From the NCBI GenBank assembly GCA_964486045.1, contig CAZALK010000001.1, positions 920,837 through 984,836 of the forward strand: a DNA stretch of 64,000 nt, read 5' to 3'. This document shows positions 1 through 10,530 of this stretch, piece after piece. Each line of letters starts with the position of its first letter. The first letter of the stretch is position 1. Source of the stretch: an uncultured archaeon. Lineage in GTDB: Archaea > Asgardarchaeota > Lokiarchaeia > Sigyniarchaeales > SOKP01. A program made the position numbers and the translations under genes. Under the pieces are notes generated by a model that saw nothing but the letters and a program-made list of their open reading frames with translations, did no database searches and had not been told where the DNA came from.

Positions 1-82
1 AATGAAATAAATCATATATTTAAAGTAAAATATAAGATTCAAAGCGTTTCAGAAATAATCTAAATATTTAATTCATTCAAAC

Positions 83-1486
83 TTAATTTTTTAATTTTTG
101 ATCATTAAATCTATCAATAAATAACCCAACTAATTCATTAATCCGTTTTTTTGAGATGTTTGGTAAATTTATAACAGCATTTTCGTATACATCACCTTCT
201 TCCGTAAAACCTTTTATAAACCCATTTTTTAAACATATATCATATAATTCTGTTCCCAAAAAGGGTGAAAAGTGATGAACAGCGATACTTTCGGGATTTA
301 ATTTGAGATTAAAATTAATTGATTCAATAATCTGCTCTTCTGTTTCAAAAGGAACCCCCACAATATAATTTGCTGTAGCTCTTATTCCGTATTTTTCAGC
401 AACTCTAAATGCATTGAAAATTGACTCATCAGAAATGTACTTACACATAATTTTTTCTCTTATCTCTTTTGAACCACTTTCAACACCTATACTAATTGCA
501 ACACAACCCATATTTTTCAATATTCTAGCAGTAGTATTAGTTATGGTTTTGGACTCTGACTGTATTGTAAAAGGGAGCTTGATTTCTTTCACCCATAATC
601 TTTCAAACTCTTCTAAATCATTCTCATCCATTAATAAAAGAAAGTTGGTGTCCCCAAACGAAACCATATTAAACTCAAACATTTCTTTCATATATTTAAT
701 CTCATCAATCATTCTTCTTATGGATTTTCTCCTTAGGTATGGTTTTGGATATCCTTGAGCTTTCCTTAAACTAGGTGCAACACAAAATGAACAATTATTT
801 AGACATCCTCTACTGAATTCAAATGAACCTCCTTTATATACATTTCCCACAAAAGGTTTCCACATATGTCTTTCATCAAATAGGGACCAATCTGGGTATG
901 GTAAATCATCTAATTCAACCAAAGGTCTTATGGGGTTTTTTATTACTTTCCCATCTTTTTTCAACCATAGATTTTTAATATCATATATATTTTCATTATT
1001 AACAATTTTGTCTGCAAGGTCAACAATAGCCCCTTCTCCTTCACCAACACAAATTATATCAACAAAATGTAAATTAATAATCATATCTGGCACTATAGTG
1101 GGTAATATCCCCCCAACTATTATTGGAACTAAAAAATTCTCTTTTATCTTTTTCATCAAATCTTTTGCAACGAAGAAATTTCTTTCAAGAAGTGAAATTG
1201 CAATTAAATCTGGTTTAAATTCATTAATTTTTTTAAGAAGCTCTTCCGTTATATTTTTTTCTTCTATTTCGCCAATGTAGTCATTTAGATTTGTTTCTTC
1301 AACAAGACCTTTTTTTTCCATTAACTCAGTATCTTTGTTATAATTAGGAGTCATGAAAGTTGTATCAAATAATTCAACAATATGCCCTGACCTTTTGAGA
1401 CAAGATGATAAAATCGTTATTGAAAGAGGAATTCTAAATTCTGATTCAAAATTTGGATATATAAACAATGTTCTCGCTTTATTCAT
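83..1486 (-). CDS. Cobalamin-binding (class B) radical SAM protein
   Basis: N-terminal B12-binding-like domain (PDLIAIS...IIVGGILPT...VGEGE), CLNNCSFC CxxxCxxC motif after SRG, GVESGS, PFLGT; SD GGAGA upstream of the ATG. Confidence 0.85.
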   Translation of the reverse strand: MNKARTLFIYPNFESEFRIPLSITILSSCLKRSGHIVELFDTTFMTPNYNKDTELMEKKGLVEETNLNDYIGEIEEKNITEELLKKINEFKPDLIAISLLERNFFVAKDLMKKIKENFLVPIIVGGILPTIVPDMIINLHFVDIICVGEGEGAIVDLADKIVNNENIYDIKNLWLKKDGKVIKNPIRPLVELDDLPYPDWSLFDERHMWKPFVGNVYKGGSFEFSRGCLNNCSFCVAPSLRKAQGYPKPYLRRKSIRRMIDEIKYMKEMFEFNMVSFGDTNFLLLMDENDLEEFERLWVKEIKLPFTIQSESKTITNTTARILKNMGCVAISIGVESGSKEIREKIMCKYISDESIFNAFRVAEKYGIRATANYIVGVPFETEEQIIESINFNLKLNPESIAVHHFSPFLGTELYDICLKNGFIKGFTEEGDVYENAVINLPNISKKRINELVGLFIDRFNDQKLKN

Positions 1487-1507
1487 GATATCTCCAATAA
1501 ATTTTAC

Positions 1508-2545
1508 TTATATATTCTTATTATTTATTACTGCTTTTCTAAACCCACATCTTCTACAAATATCTAATTCTCTTGATTTTCCTTCTAAATGCAGTTTTCT
1601 TATTCTCTCTAGCTTTTCTCCTTTCCATATTGATTCAATATTTTGATCTCTTAAATTTCCCAATATATCTTTTTTATTATGATTACCACAACACATGACT
1701 ACATCTCCATTATATAAAATAAAAAGCCTCTGCCACAAATATTGACAAGTAAAGTCACAATCATTTGAGAGAAAATCATATTCTAAAATAAATTCGCTTA
1801 ATTTGTCAATAGCAACATTTTCTACTATATTTTCCCATCTTTTGACAAAAAATTTTAACTGTTCTTTATTGTTTCTCATATCAAAAACTTGAACAGAAAC
1901 AATCGGTTTTAAAATAGCCTTTCTTCTCTTCAATAACATAAAATTTTGTATATTTTTAATTATTTTTGATGTTTTAATTATACCCCTTCTCAAATTTAAC
2001 TTACCTTCTGAAAGTGGACCAAGGACACAAAATAATTTATCAAGGGATGAATTTAACAGATTCAAACTCATATCTCCTGATAACAATGATGAATTTGAGT
2101 TAAGCATAACATCCAATATCCCGTGTTGTTTTGCATACCAAATAAACTCAATTATTTTTGGATGTAGAAGAGGTTCTCCTCTGTAATTTAGTTTGATAGA
2201 CAATAATCCTTTCTTCTCACCCTCTGTTATTATTCTCTTAAATAATTCAACATCAAAATTAATTTGTGGAAGTTTTCTATCATCGGGTAAATCATATGGA
2301 CATTTTAATGTGCAGATTTTTTGTTGACAGTTTAAATTGCAATAGGTTGTTATCTCAAAGTCGAGATGTATAGGAAAATTGTCAACAATATGATCTCGTG
2401 GATATTGTTCCCATTTTCTTCGGTATTCCTTATATTCTAGAGTTTCAGTTAAGGTTTTATAATGAGCTTTAGAGGGATATTCTCTATATGTATTGCTTTG
2501 AATTAATCTCGTTTTTTCAGCTTTTATTAGCTTATTATGCACCAT
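1508..2545 (-). CDS. Radical SAM/SPASM-domain protein with atypical cluster motif
   Basis: FPIHLDFEITTYCNLNCQQKICTLKC, GEPLLHP, C-terminal CQYLW..CCGN..CRRC SPASM/twitch cysteines; paralog of 6203-7267. Confidence 0.8.
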   Translation of the reverse strand: MVHNKLIKAEKTRLIQSNTYREYPSKAHYKTLTETLEYKEYRRKWEQYPRDHIVDNFPIHLDFEITTYCNLNCQQKICTLKCPYDLPDDRKLPQINFDVELFKRIITEGEKKGLLSIKLNYRGEPLLHPKIIEFIWYAKQHGILDVMLNSNSSLLSGDMSLNLLNSSLDKLFCVLGPLSEGKLNLRRGIIKTSKIIKNIQNFMLLKRRKAILKPIVSVQVFDMRNNKEQLKFFVKRWENIVENVAIDKLSEFILEYDFLSNDCDFTCQYLWQRLFILYNGDVVMCCGNHNKKDILGNLRDQNIESIWKGEKLERIRKLHLEGKSRELDICRRCGFRKAVINNKNI

Positions 2546-2808
2546 GTTTTTAGGATCAAAATATAAACCATATCATATGATTTGTTTTCTGCTGGAAAAC
2601 CAATAAAAAAAGTAATAAAAAATTAATAAAAGTTGTTATTACAATTTACAAATTTTTTGTATTTGCTGATTTTGTTTAATCAGAGAATTTTTTTTCTCAA
2701 ATAAAATTAATCTTCATTCTTGTACCTTTTATTATTTGAATAAAATTCATTAAAAATTATGACATATTTTATAATATACTTACTCTAAAATCAAGAATGT
2801 AAACAACT

Positions 2809-3840
2809 ATGCTAAATAATAAAAATATATTAATTACGGGAGGAACGGGCACAATTGGGCTAGGTTTGATTAAATTTTTATTAGACCATTATTCTCCGAA
2901 AGTAATAAGAATTTTTAGTCGAGATGAAACAAAACAGGCTAAAATTTGGAATCTATTAGGAAAAAAATCTCAAGATAAATTAAGGTTTTTTATAGGCAAT
3001 ATTAGAGATAAACAAAGATTAACAATAGCATTAGAGGATGTAGAAGTAGTTTTTCATTTAGCAGCATTAAAACACGTTGCTGTTTGTGAATATAATCCAT
3101 TTGAAGCAATTAAGACCAATGTTATAGGACTTCAGAATTTAATAGAAATTTGTATTGAAAAAAATGTTGAAACAGTAGTTTATACAAGTTCGGATAAAGC
3201 AGCTACACCTTGTAATACTATGGGGGTTACAAAATTGCTAGGTGAAAAATTATTAACCACAGCTAATTATTATAAAGGAAGAAAAAGAACAAAATTTTAC
3301 TCAGTAAGATTTGGAAATGTTTTAGGATCTAGGGGATCTCTTATTCCATTAATCAAAAATCAAATTAAAAACAATCACCCTATTACGTTAACAGATAATA
3401 AAATGACTAGATATATTATGAGTTTGGATATGGCAATTAATTTACTCATTAAGACTTTACCCATTGCTCAGGGTGGAGAAGTTTTTGTTCTTAAAATGGA
3501 TTCTATTCAAATCATTGATCTCGTTGAAGTGTTAATAGAGAATTTTGCTGAAAAATATCAAAAAGAAAAAAGAAATATCGAAATTAAAGAAATTGGGATG
3601 TTTGAGGGAGAAAAATTATATGAAGAATTATTTTCCATCGAAGAATCTGAAAGGACTTATGAACTAGACGAGACATTTGTTATTATTCCTCAATTAACAC
3701 CTGTGCATACGAAAATTGATTTAAAAAAATATAAAGAAATAAAGAAATTTGATTGTTCCCTCCCATTTAATTCTAGAGAAGGACCATTTCTTTCTCAAGG
3801 AGAAATTAAAGAATTTCTGAAGAAATATAATATAATTTAA
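2809..3840 (+). CDS. pseB: UDP-N-acetylglucosamine 4,6-dehydratase (PseB/FlaA1/CapD family)
   Basis: TGGTGTIG, FSRDETKQ, HLAALKHV..CEYNPFEAIKTN, SSDKA, VRFGNVLGSRGS, GEKLYEEL. Confidence 0.8.
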   Translation: MLNNKNILITGGTGTIGLGLIKFLLDHYSPKVIRIFSRDETKQAKIWNLLGKKSQDKLRFFIGNIRDKQRLTIALEDVEVVFHLAALKHVAVCEYNPFEAIKTNVIGLQNLIEICIEKNVETVVYTSSDKAATPCNTMGVTKLLGEKLLTTANYYKGRKRTKFYSVRFGNVLGSRGSLIPLIKNQIKNNHPITLTDNKMTRYIMSLDMAINLLIKTLPIAQGGEVFVLKMDSIQIIDLVEVLIENFAEKYQKEKRNIEIKEIGMFEGEKLYEELFSIEESERTYELDETFVIIPQLTPVHTKIDLKKYKEIKKFDCSLPFNSREGPFLSQGEIKEFLKKYNII

Positions 3841-3859
3841 ATAATTCTGGTGATTTGAA

Positions 3860-4804
3860 ATGGTATTTTTAGTTACTGGTGGTGCGGGGTTTATTGGACG
3901 GTGGGTTGTAAAGAAATTATTATCAATGGAAAGAGACATCGTTGTAATTGATAATTTAAGTAATGGTAGTAAAGAAAACTTATTGGAATTTAATGAAAAT
4001 TTGCATTTAAAAGAAATCATTGTAGAAGATATAAGAAATAATAAAATTCTCGATGACTTGTTTTTAAAATATAGATTTAATTGTTGTATTCATTTAGCAG
4101 CTCAAATAAATGTACAAGAAAGCTTAGAAAATCCTGAGAAATCGTTTGAATATAATGTCATAGGAACCTATAATCTCTTAGAAACTGCTCGTAAATATCA
4201 AACAAAAGTAGTTATTGTAGGAACATGTATGGTGTATGATTTAGCAGAATCGGTTATACCAATATCTGAGTCACATAGAACTAAGCCATCTTCTCCTTAT
4301 GCCGGATCTAAATTGGCAGCAGAGGATTTAGCTCTATCTTATTTTTACGGATTTAATTTACCAGTTGTTATATTAAGACCTTTTAACACTTATGGTCCAT
4401 TTCAAAAAACTGATATGGAGGGCGGAGTTGTTCCTATATTTGTTAAGAATAAGATCAACAATGAAAAGTTAAAGGTATTTGGGGACGGAACTCAGACCAG
4501 AGATTTATTATATGTTGAGGATTGCGCTGAATTTATAGTAAAAGCGTCAGAATGCGAAAAATGTGTTGGGGAAGTTATTAATGCTGGAATAGGAGAAGAT
4601 ATTTCTATTAATGATTTAGCAAAATTAATTATTAGTGATGAGAACCTTATTGAACATGTTAAACATCATCACCCACAGAGCGAAATCATGAAACTAGTAT
4701 GTAATAACTTAAAAGCAAAGACATTATTAAAATGGGAACCAAAGATTTCATTAGAAGAGGGGATTGCTAGATTAGAAGAATGGATTCGTGGAGGTGAAAG
4801 ATAA
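3860..4804 (+). CDS. NAD-dependent nucleotide-sugar epimerase/dehydratase (extended SDR)
   Basis: TGGAGFIG, HLAAQ, YAGSK catalytic motif, RPFNTYGP, GDGTQTRD. Confidence 0.9.
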   Translation: MVFLVTGGAGFIGRWVVKKLLSMERDIVVIDNLSNGSKENLLEFNENLHLKEIIVEDIRNNKILDDLFLKYRFNCCIHLAAQINVQESLENPEKSFEYNVIGTYNLLETARKYQTKVVIVGTCMVYDLAESVIPISESHRTKPSSPYAGSKLAAEDLALSYFYGFNLPVVILRPFNTYGPFQKTDMEGGVVPIFVKNKINNEKLKVFGDGTQTRDLLYVEDCAEFIVKASECEKCVGEVINAGIGEDISINDLAKLIISDENLIEHVKHHHPQSEIMKLVCNNLKAKTLLKWEPKISLEEGIARLEEWIRGGER

Positions 4805-5997
4805 TAGAAAAACCAGCAATAGAAGGGGGAAAACCAGTTAGAGCGAATTTTCTTCCCTATGGAACCCAATGGTTAGATGATGATGAAATTGATGAAGTTG
4901 TAAATACATTAAAATCTAACTGGATTACTACTGGTCCTAAAATGAGACTTTTCGAGGAAAATTTTAATAAATATATTGGATCTAAATACGCAGTAGCTGT
5001 TAATTCTGGAACTGCCGCTTTACATGTATCTACTTCAAGTATTGACATAAATCCAGGAGATGAAGTAATTACTACCCCTTTAACGTTTGTTGCATCTGCG
5101 AATTGCATAGTTTATCGAGGGGGAACTCCAGTTTTTGCTGATATCAAAGAGGACACGTACAATATTAATCCTCTTGAGATTAAGAAAAAAATAAATTCAA
5201 AGACGAAGGCAATAATCCCTGTGCATTTTGCAGGTCAACCTTGCGATATGGATGAAATACATGAAATTGCTAATGAAAACGATCTGTATATAATTGAAGA
5301 TGCCGCACACGCAATAGATGCAGAATATAAAGGGAAAAAAATAGGTAATCTCAGTGATTTAACAATTTTTAGTTTCCATCCTGTAAAAAATATCACCACA
5401 GCAGAGGGTGGTATGGTTACAACTAATAATGAGGAATTATATGAAAAGTTAGTAATGTTTAGAACTCATGGAATCACAAAGGATACTATAAAAAGATTTG
5501 GTAAGGAAGGGGGTTTTTATTATGATATGCAACACTTAGGATTTAGATATAACTTAAGCGAACTTCATTCTTCTTTAGGAATTCATCAGTTAAGGAAACT
5601 CAAATCCTTTCAGAAAAGAAGAAGGGAAATTGTCAAAATTTATAACAAAGAATTAAATACAAATGATCTAATTAAAATTCCATTTGTAAAGGAAAATGTT
5701 AAACACTCTTGGCATCTCTACATAATTCAATTAAATTTGGAAAATCTGAAGGTTGATAGAGATCATATTTTTAAAGCTCTTAGAGAAGAAAATATAGGCG
5801 TCAATGTTCACTATATTCCAGTCCACTACCATTCATTTTATTATGAAAAATTTGGATTAAGAAAAGGGATATTACCAAAAGTAGAAAATTTATTTCCAAG
5901 ATTACTAACGATTCCGCTATTTCCTAAAATGAGTGATAAGGATGTTAATGATGTTATAAATGCTTTGGAAAAAGTTCTGAATTATTATCGAAAATAA
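4804..5997 (+). CDS. pseC: DegT/DnrJ/EryC1/StrS sugar aminotransferase (PseC-like); true start upstream of the ORF-track ATG, at ATA 4801 or 4804
   Basis: NSGTAALH, EDAAHA, SFHPVKNITTAEGG (PLP lysine). The in-frame upstream sequence encodes the family N-terminus KPAIEGGKPVRANFLPYGTQWLDDDEI..SNWITTGPK; in-frame TGA at 4795-4797; SD GGAGGTGA at 4790-4797. Confidence 0.8.
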   Translation: MEKPAIEGGKPVRANFLPYGTQWLDDDEIDEVVNTLKSNWITTGPKMRLFEENFNKYIGSKYAVAVNSGTAALHVSTSSIDINPGDEVITTPLTFVASANCIVYRGGTPVFADIKEDTYNINPLEIKKKINSKTKAIIPVHFAGQPCDMDEIHEIANENDLYIIEDAAHAIDAEYKGKKIGNLSDLTIFSFHPVKNITTAEGGMVTTNNEELYEKLVMFRTHGITKDTIKRFGKEGGFYYDMQHLGFRYNLSELHSSLGIHQLRKLKSFQKRRREIVKIYNKELNTNDLIKIPFVKENVKHSWHLYIIQLNLENLKVDRDHIFKALREENIGVNVHYIPVHYHSFYYEKFGLRKGILPKVENLFPRLLTIPLFPKMSDKDVNDVINALEKVLNYYRK

Positions 5998-6202
5998 AAA
6001 AAGATTTAATCTTTTATTTTTCCTTGCATTCGTTTCTATTTAAGAAATGAGGTATTCCTTATTTTTCATTGATCTTAAATATATATTATAATTAACTCAT
6101 TAAGTATTAGAGTAAGTAATAAAAAGAATCAAGTATATTGATAGTGTAGCGTAAAGACTTACCCGAAGATAATATTTTAACTTTATAAATTGAGTTTATA
6201 AA

Positions 6203-7267
6203 ATGGAAAAGAAAGAAGTAGATCTTTATTTTGGCTTTCAAGAAGTTAAAAGCGACAATGCGATCAATTGGGAGAAGAGTCGTTCAGAAGCATATAAAGA
6301 ATATAGGAAAAAATGGGATGAGATACCTAAAACGCTTAAAATACCAAAATTTCCATTACATTTAGATATTGAAGCTTCTAATAAGTGTAATCTCAAATGT
6401 CCAATGTGTCCAAGGACAGTCCGAATTACTGAAGGAAAATGGAGAGCTGAAAGAAATTTTAACTTTTCTTTGTATAAAAAGGTTTTGGATGAAGGTGGAA
6501 AGAAAGGATTATGTGCATTAAATTTAAATCATTCAGGAGAGCCTTTACTTCATCCATCTTTGCCAGAAATGATAAAATATGCAAAAGATGTAGGGATACT
6601 TGATGTTTTTTTTCATACTAATGGTACTTTACTGACAGAAAAGATGTCTAGAAAACTGGTAACCTCAGGCCTTGATAGAATGGTGATTTCTTTTGATTCA
6701 CCATACAGAGAAAAATATAATAGAATTAGGATTGGAGCCGATTATGATCAAGTTTTCGATAATATTAAAAAAATGAAAGATGTAAAAAAAGAATTAAAAA
6801 GTCTTACACCGATAACTCGAATCAATATGGTAAAATTCCTGGATATTGAAAAAAAAGAAATTGATGATGCGGTAAATTTGTTCTCTAAAATTGTCGATAT
6901 AGTCGGATTTTTAGATTATGTAGACTATGATCTCGTATTTAGCAATATAGGAAACAAAATTGAATTTCCTGAAAATTACATATCAAATTTTATTTGTACC
7001 CAACCACTCACAAGAATGACATTATATGAAGATGGCAGAGTTTTCCCATGTTGTTGGGATAGTTATGAGCTTTATTGTATAGGAGATGTAAATAAAAATA
7101 GTCTTGAAAATATTTGGACATCTGACAAATTAGAATTCCTCAGAAAGAAGCACTCAGAGGGTAAATTCTTTGAAATCCCTATGTGTAAGAATTGTATTTA
7201 TGCACTAGAATCTGATAATTTTTCTAAGAAAATTATTCAATCTTCTCATGGTAGAAAGAAATATTAA
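6203..7267 (+). CDS. Radical SAM/SPASM-domain protein
   Basis: FPLHLDIEASNKCNLKCPMC, GEPLLHP, HTNGTLL, C-terminal CTQP..CCWD..CKNC. Confidence 0.88.
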   Translation: MEKKEVDLYFGFQEVKSDNAINWEKSRSEAYKEYRKKWDEIPKTLKIPKFPLHLDIEASNKCNLKCPMCPRTVRITEGKWRAERNFNFSLYKKVLDEGGKKGLCALNLNHSGEPLLHPSLPEMIKYAKDVGILDVFFHTNGTLLTEKMSRKLVTSGLDRMVISFDSPYREKYNRIRIGADYDQVFDNIKKMKDVKKELKSLTPITRINMVKFLDIEKKEIDDAVNLFSKIVDIVGFLDYVDYDLVFSNIGNKIEFPENYISNFICTQPLTRMTLYEDGRVFPCCWDSYELYCIGDVNKNSLENIWTSDKLEFLRKKHSEGKFFEIPMCKNCIYALESDNFSKKIIQSSHGRKKY

Positions 7268-7355
7268 AAAGTGGATTTTAAAAAAAACTTTTTATCAATA
7301 TACCACTTAAACAGAATTAGTAATGGTAATAATTAAAATCAAGATTTAAGTTTCT

Positions 7356-8351
7356 TTGCGTATGGAAAAATCTGAAAAACGAATAATGATTGTAGGAGTC
7401 GGGAATATTGGAAGCCGACATTTACAGGCTTTAAAGGCCATTAATATTCCATTAGACATTTTTGTGATAGATCCAAATCCTGATTCATTAAAGCAAGCAA
7501 AAGAAATGTATGATTCAATGCCCTCAAACAAACAAATTCATGAAGTTACTTATACAAGCTCAATTAAAAAACTTGGTCAAGAAATTGATATAGCAATTAT
7601 CGCTACTAATTCGGATATCAGGAGAAAGGTTATTGAGAAGTTAATTGAATTTAATCAAGTAAATAATTTTCTTTTAGAAAAATTACTATTCCAAAAAGTA
7701 GAAGATTATCATTTCATTAAGGATCTCCTAAAAATAAATAATTGTCGTGCATGGGTTAATTGTAATAGAAGAATTACACCAACTTATAATAACAAAATAA
7801 AAAATTGGTTTAATAAGAAAAAATTATTTTATTATAACATCTCTGGAAGCCTTTATGGCTTAATGACTAATGTTATTCATGAAATAGATTATATGACATA
7901 TCTTCTCGAATCTAATGATTTTTATGTTGACACAACTTATTTGGATAGTAAACTCATCCAAAGTAAGAGAAAAGGATTTCTAGAAATGACTGGAATTTTA
8001 CAAATTCATTTTAAAAATGGTAGTCATGGTTTTTTTGCTCGATATCCTTCAGGAAGGCTTTCAGAAATGACGATAATTGAGTCAGATACAGACCGTTGTA
8101 TTATAAACCTAATAGAGGAAGTATCATGGATCAAAAACATTCAAAAACTAGGATGGAAAACATTTAATGCGATGTTAACCTATCAGAGTGAATTAACTAC
8201 TACAATCATAGAAAATATACTAAATAAAGATAAAAGTTATTTACCCTCTTATAAAAATTCGATGACAATTCATCTGAAATTACTTGAACCTATATTAGAA
8301 TTTATAAATAAAAATTCTTTTCAAAAATTTGATATTTTTCCATTTACATAA
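7356..8351 (+). CDS. Gfo/Idh/MocA-family oxidoreductase (likely start ATG 7362)
   Basis: Rossmann motif GVGNIGSRH, AIIAT, LLEK, VNCNRR. Confidence 0.75.
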   Translation: MRMEKSEKRIMIVGVGNIGSRHLQALKAINIPLDIFVIDPNPDSLKQAKEMYDSMPSNKQIHEVTYTSSIKKLGQEIDIAIIATNSDIRRKVIEKLIEFNQVNNFLLEKLLFQKVEDYHFIKDLLKINNCRAWVNCNRRITPTYNNKIKNWFNKKKLFYYNISGSLYGLMTNVIHEIDYMTYLLESNDFYVDTTYLDSKLIQSKRKGFLEMTGILQIHFKNGSHGFFARYPSGRLSEMTIIESDTDRCIINLIEEVSWIKNIQKLGWKTFNAMLTYQSELTTTIIENILNKDKSYLPSYKNSMTIHLKLLEPILEFINKNSFQKFDIFPFT

Positions 8352-8374
8352 AATTTTGAGAGGAAAATGATAAT

Positions 8375-9340
8375 ATGACTAATGAACTAAATTATTCAGT
8401 CTTATTGGTTGGAGCTGGAGAAATGGCAATCGAATACGTAAAAGTTTTAACAGCCATGGAAAAAAATTCTATTATTGTGGGTAGAGGTGAAGAATCTGCG
8501 AAGAAATTTAAGGAAATTACTGGTCTTAATGTAGAAACAGGAGGAATTAATAATTTTTTAAAAAAAACGAGATGCTCTTCTGAATATGCAATAGTAGCAG
8601 TAAACGGTAACCAATTAGGAGAGGTAACAAGAGAGCTTATTAAATTTGGTATAAAAAATATCCTTTTAGAAAAACCTGGTGGGCTAGACGATAAAGACAT
8701 TGAATCTGTTGCTGAGTTAACTGATAGATATGAAGCTAATGTATTAATTGCTTATAATCGTCGCTTCTATGCATCAGTATCCAAAGCTAAGGAAATTATT
8801 AAAGAAGATGGAGGTGTAACTTCCTTTTATTTTGAGTTTACAGAATGGAGTCATATAATTGAAAAGGCAAATGTGCCCATAGAAGTTAAGAATCGTTTAG
8901 TCCTACATAATTCTTCGCATGTAATCGATTTAGCATTCTATTTGGGGGGTGAGCCAATAAATATTAATTGTTATGTTAATGGTGGTTTGAGTTGGCATCC
9001 CACGGCGTCTATATTTACAGGGGCTGGAATCAGTTCCAAAAATGCAATCTTTTCATATCATTCAAATTGGGATGCACCTGGACGATGGGGTGTAGAAATT
9101 TTAACTAAAAAACATCGACTGATCTTTAGACCTTTAGAGAAACTAAATATTCAAAAAAGAGCAAGTACGGCAATTAAAGAAATTGATATTAACGATGATT
9201 TAGATATAAAATTTAAACCAGGTTTATATAGAGAAGTTGAGGCTTTTTTAGGTGATAATGAGAATGAATTCATGACTATTAAACAGCAAGTATCACGATT
9301 AGCTGTTTATAACATGATTATTAAAGGTAATCATAAATAA
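8375..9340 (+). CDS. Gfo/Idh/MocA-family oxidoreductase
   Basis: GAGEMA, LLEKPG, AYNRRFY, SHVIDL. Confidence 0.8.
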   Translation: MTNELNYSVLLVGAGEMAIEYVKVLTAMEKNSIIVGRGEESAKKFKEITGLNVETGGINNFLKKTRCSSEYAIVAVNGNQLGEVTRELIKFGIKNILLEKPGGLDDKDIESVAELTDRYEANVLIAYNRRFYASVSKAKEIIKEDGGVTSFYFEFTEWSHIIEKANVPIEVKNRLVLHNSSHVIDLAFYLGGEPININCYVNGGLSWHPTASIFTGAGISSKNAIFSYHSNWDAPGRWGVEILTKKHRLIFRPLEKLNIQKRASTAIKEIDINDDLDIKFKPGLYREVEAFLGDNENEFMTIKQQVSRLAVYNMIIKGNHK

Positions 9341-9381
9341 AGTGCAAATTTTTAATATAAAAATCAAAGACAATATTTTAA

Positions 9382-10530
9382 TTATATTTCTAATAAGTTA
9401 AGATAGAATTCCCGTACAATATCTTCAGGAATTGTTTTAATTTTATAACTAAAATCTTTTGAGCAAACTTGATCTATAGCTCTTTTTGTATTTTTATCAA
9501 AATTTTCATTAAAAACCCAAAAATTTTTAAAATTTGGCTTTATATTTTTAAATTTATTAAACATATTAATACCTCTGAGTATAGCATTATCAATAAAAGG
9601 AACACCAATTTTAGTTAAATCCATATATGCGCTAGTATCAAAACCAATTACTAACGTTGAAATGAGAGGATAGAAGGTTGCTTCTGCTGGATACCATATG
9701 TCATCATAAATTATTAAATCTGCTCCAATTTTCTTTGGAACACGTTGATCTTTTTTTCTTTGTTTAATTAAGATAAAAAAGTTTTTACTTTTAAGATATT
9801 TTATAATAGAGCGTACTAATCTTACGTGGCCATAAAAAGGAAAGAAAATTAAAGCAATCTTCTTATCTGTATCAATTTTATTTCTTGCAAAATCTATTTG
9901 TCTATTAATATTTGAAAAAGCAACTGGTAAGGGAGTAACTAAAAATTGTGCGTTGTATCTAGACTGAAAGTGTAATCCATACTCCTCTGAGGAGCATAAA
10001 AATATAGTCTTTGAATCATAATTTTTAATTTCATCAAAACCGTGATGTATTGCATAATGTTTTTTGTAATCAAACTTATCGCTATCTAAACAATTTATAC
10101 TAAAAAGAACATCACATTCTATTTTTTTTTTGGTCAAAGGAATAATTTTAGTGGGATTTAAGGAAGATGCAATATTTTTAAATTTTTCATAGTTCTTTTT
10201 GTGTAGCAAATCATTGTATTTAGCTCTAACATTGGTTATGCATAAAAAAATTGCTTTATTCTTTTCATCTTTTATTAATTCAATTATCGGACCAAAATAT
10301 TTGAAACATCCTAAACCGTTACACACTGCAAAACATACTTTTATTGTTTTATCCTCGTAATCTTCGTAAATCTCCAATAATTCTTTTTCTCCTATAGAGT
10401 CAAATTTGTTAATTTTTTTAGTATTTTTTTTTATCTTTGATTCTAATTTTTTTAAGCTATCAGATTTAGTGATTTCTATAACTCTATTTAGAATCTTCAG
10501 AATAAAGTCGAAAATTATTTTAAGATTCAT
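9382..10530 (-). CDS. Hypothetical protein, possibly a GT-B-fold glycan-modifying enzyme
   Basis: 382-aa ORF inside the glycan island; C-terminal LVIGFDTSAYMDLTKIGVPF resembles a GT-B beta/alpha unit. Function is weak inference. Confidence 0.45.
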   Translation of the reverse strand: MNLKIIFDFILKILNRVIEITKSDSLKKLESKIKKNTKKINKFDSIGEKELLEIYEDYEDKTIKVCFAVCNGLGCFKYFGPIIELIKDEKNKAIFLCITNVRAKYNDLLHKKNYEKFKNIASSLNPTKIIPLTKKKIECDVLFSINCLDSDKFDYKKHYAIHHGFDEIKNYDSKTIFLCSSEEYGLHFQSRYNAQFLVTPLPVAFSNINRQIDFARNKIDTDKKIALIFFPFYGHVRLVRSIIKYLKSKNFFILIKQRKKDQRVPKKIGADLIIYDDIWYPAEATFYPLISTLVIGFDTSAYMDLTKIGVPFIDNAILRGINMFNKFKNIKPNFKNFWVFNENFDKNTKRAIDQVCSKDFSYKIKTIPEDIVREFYLNLLEI

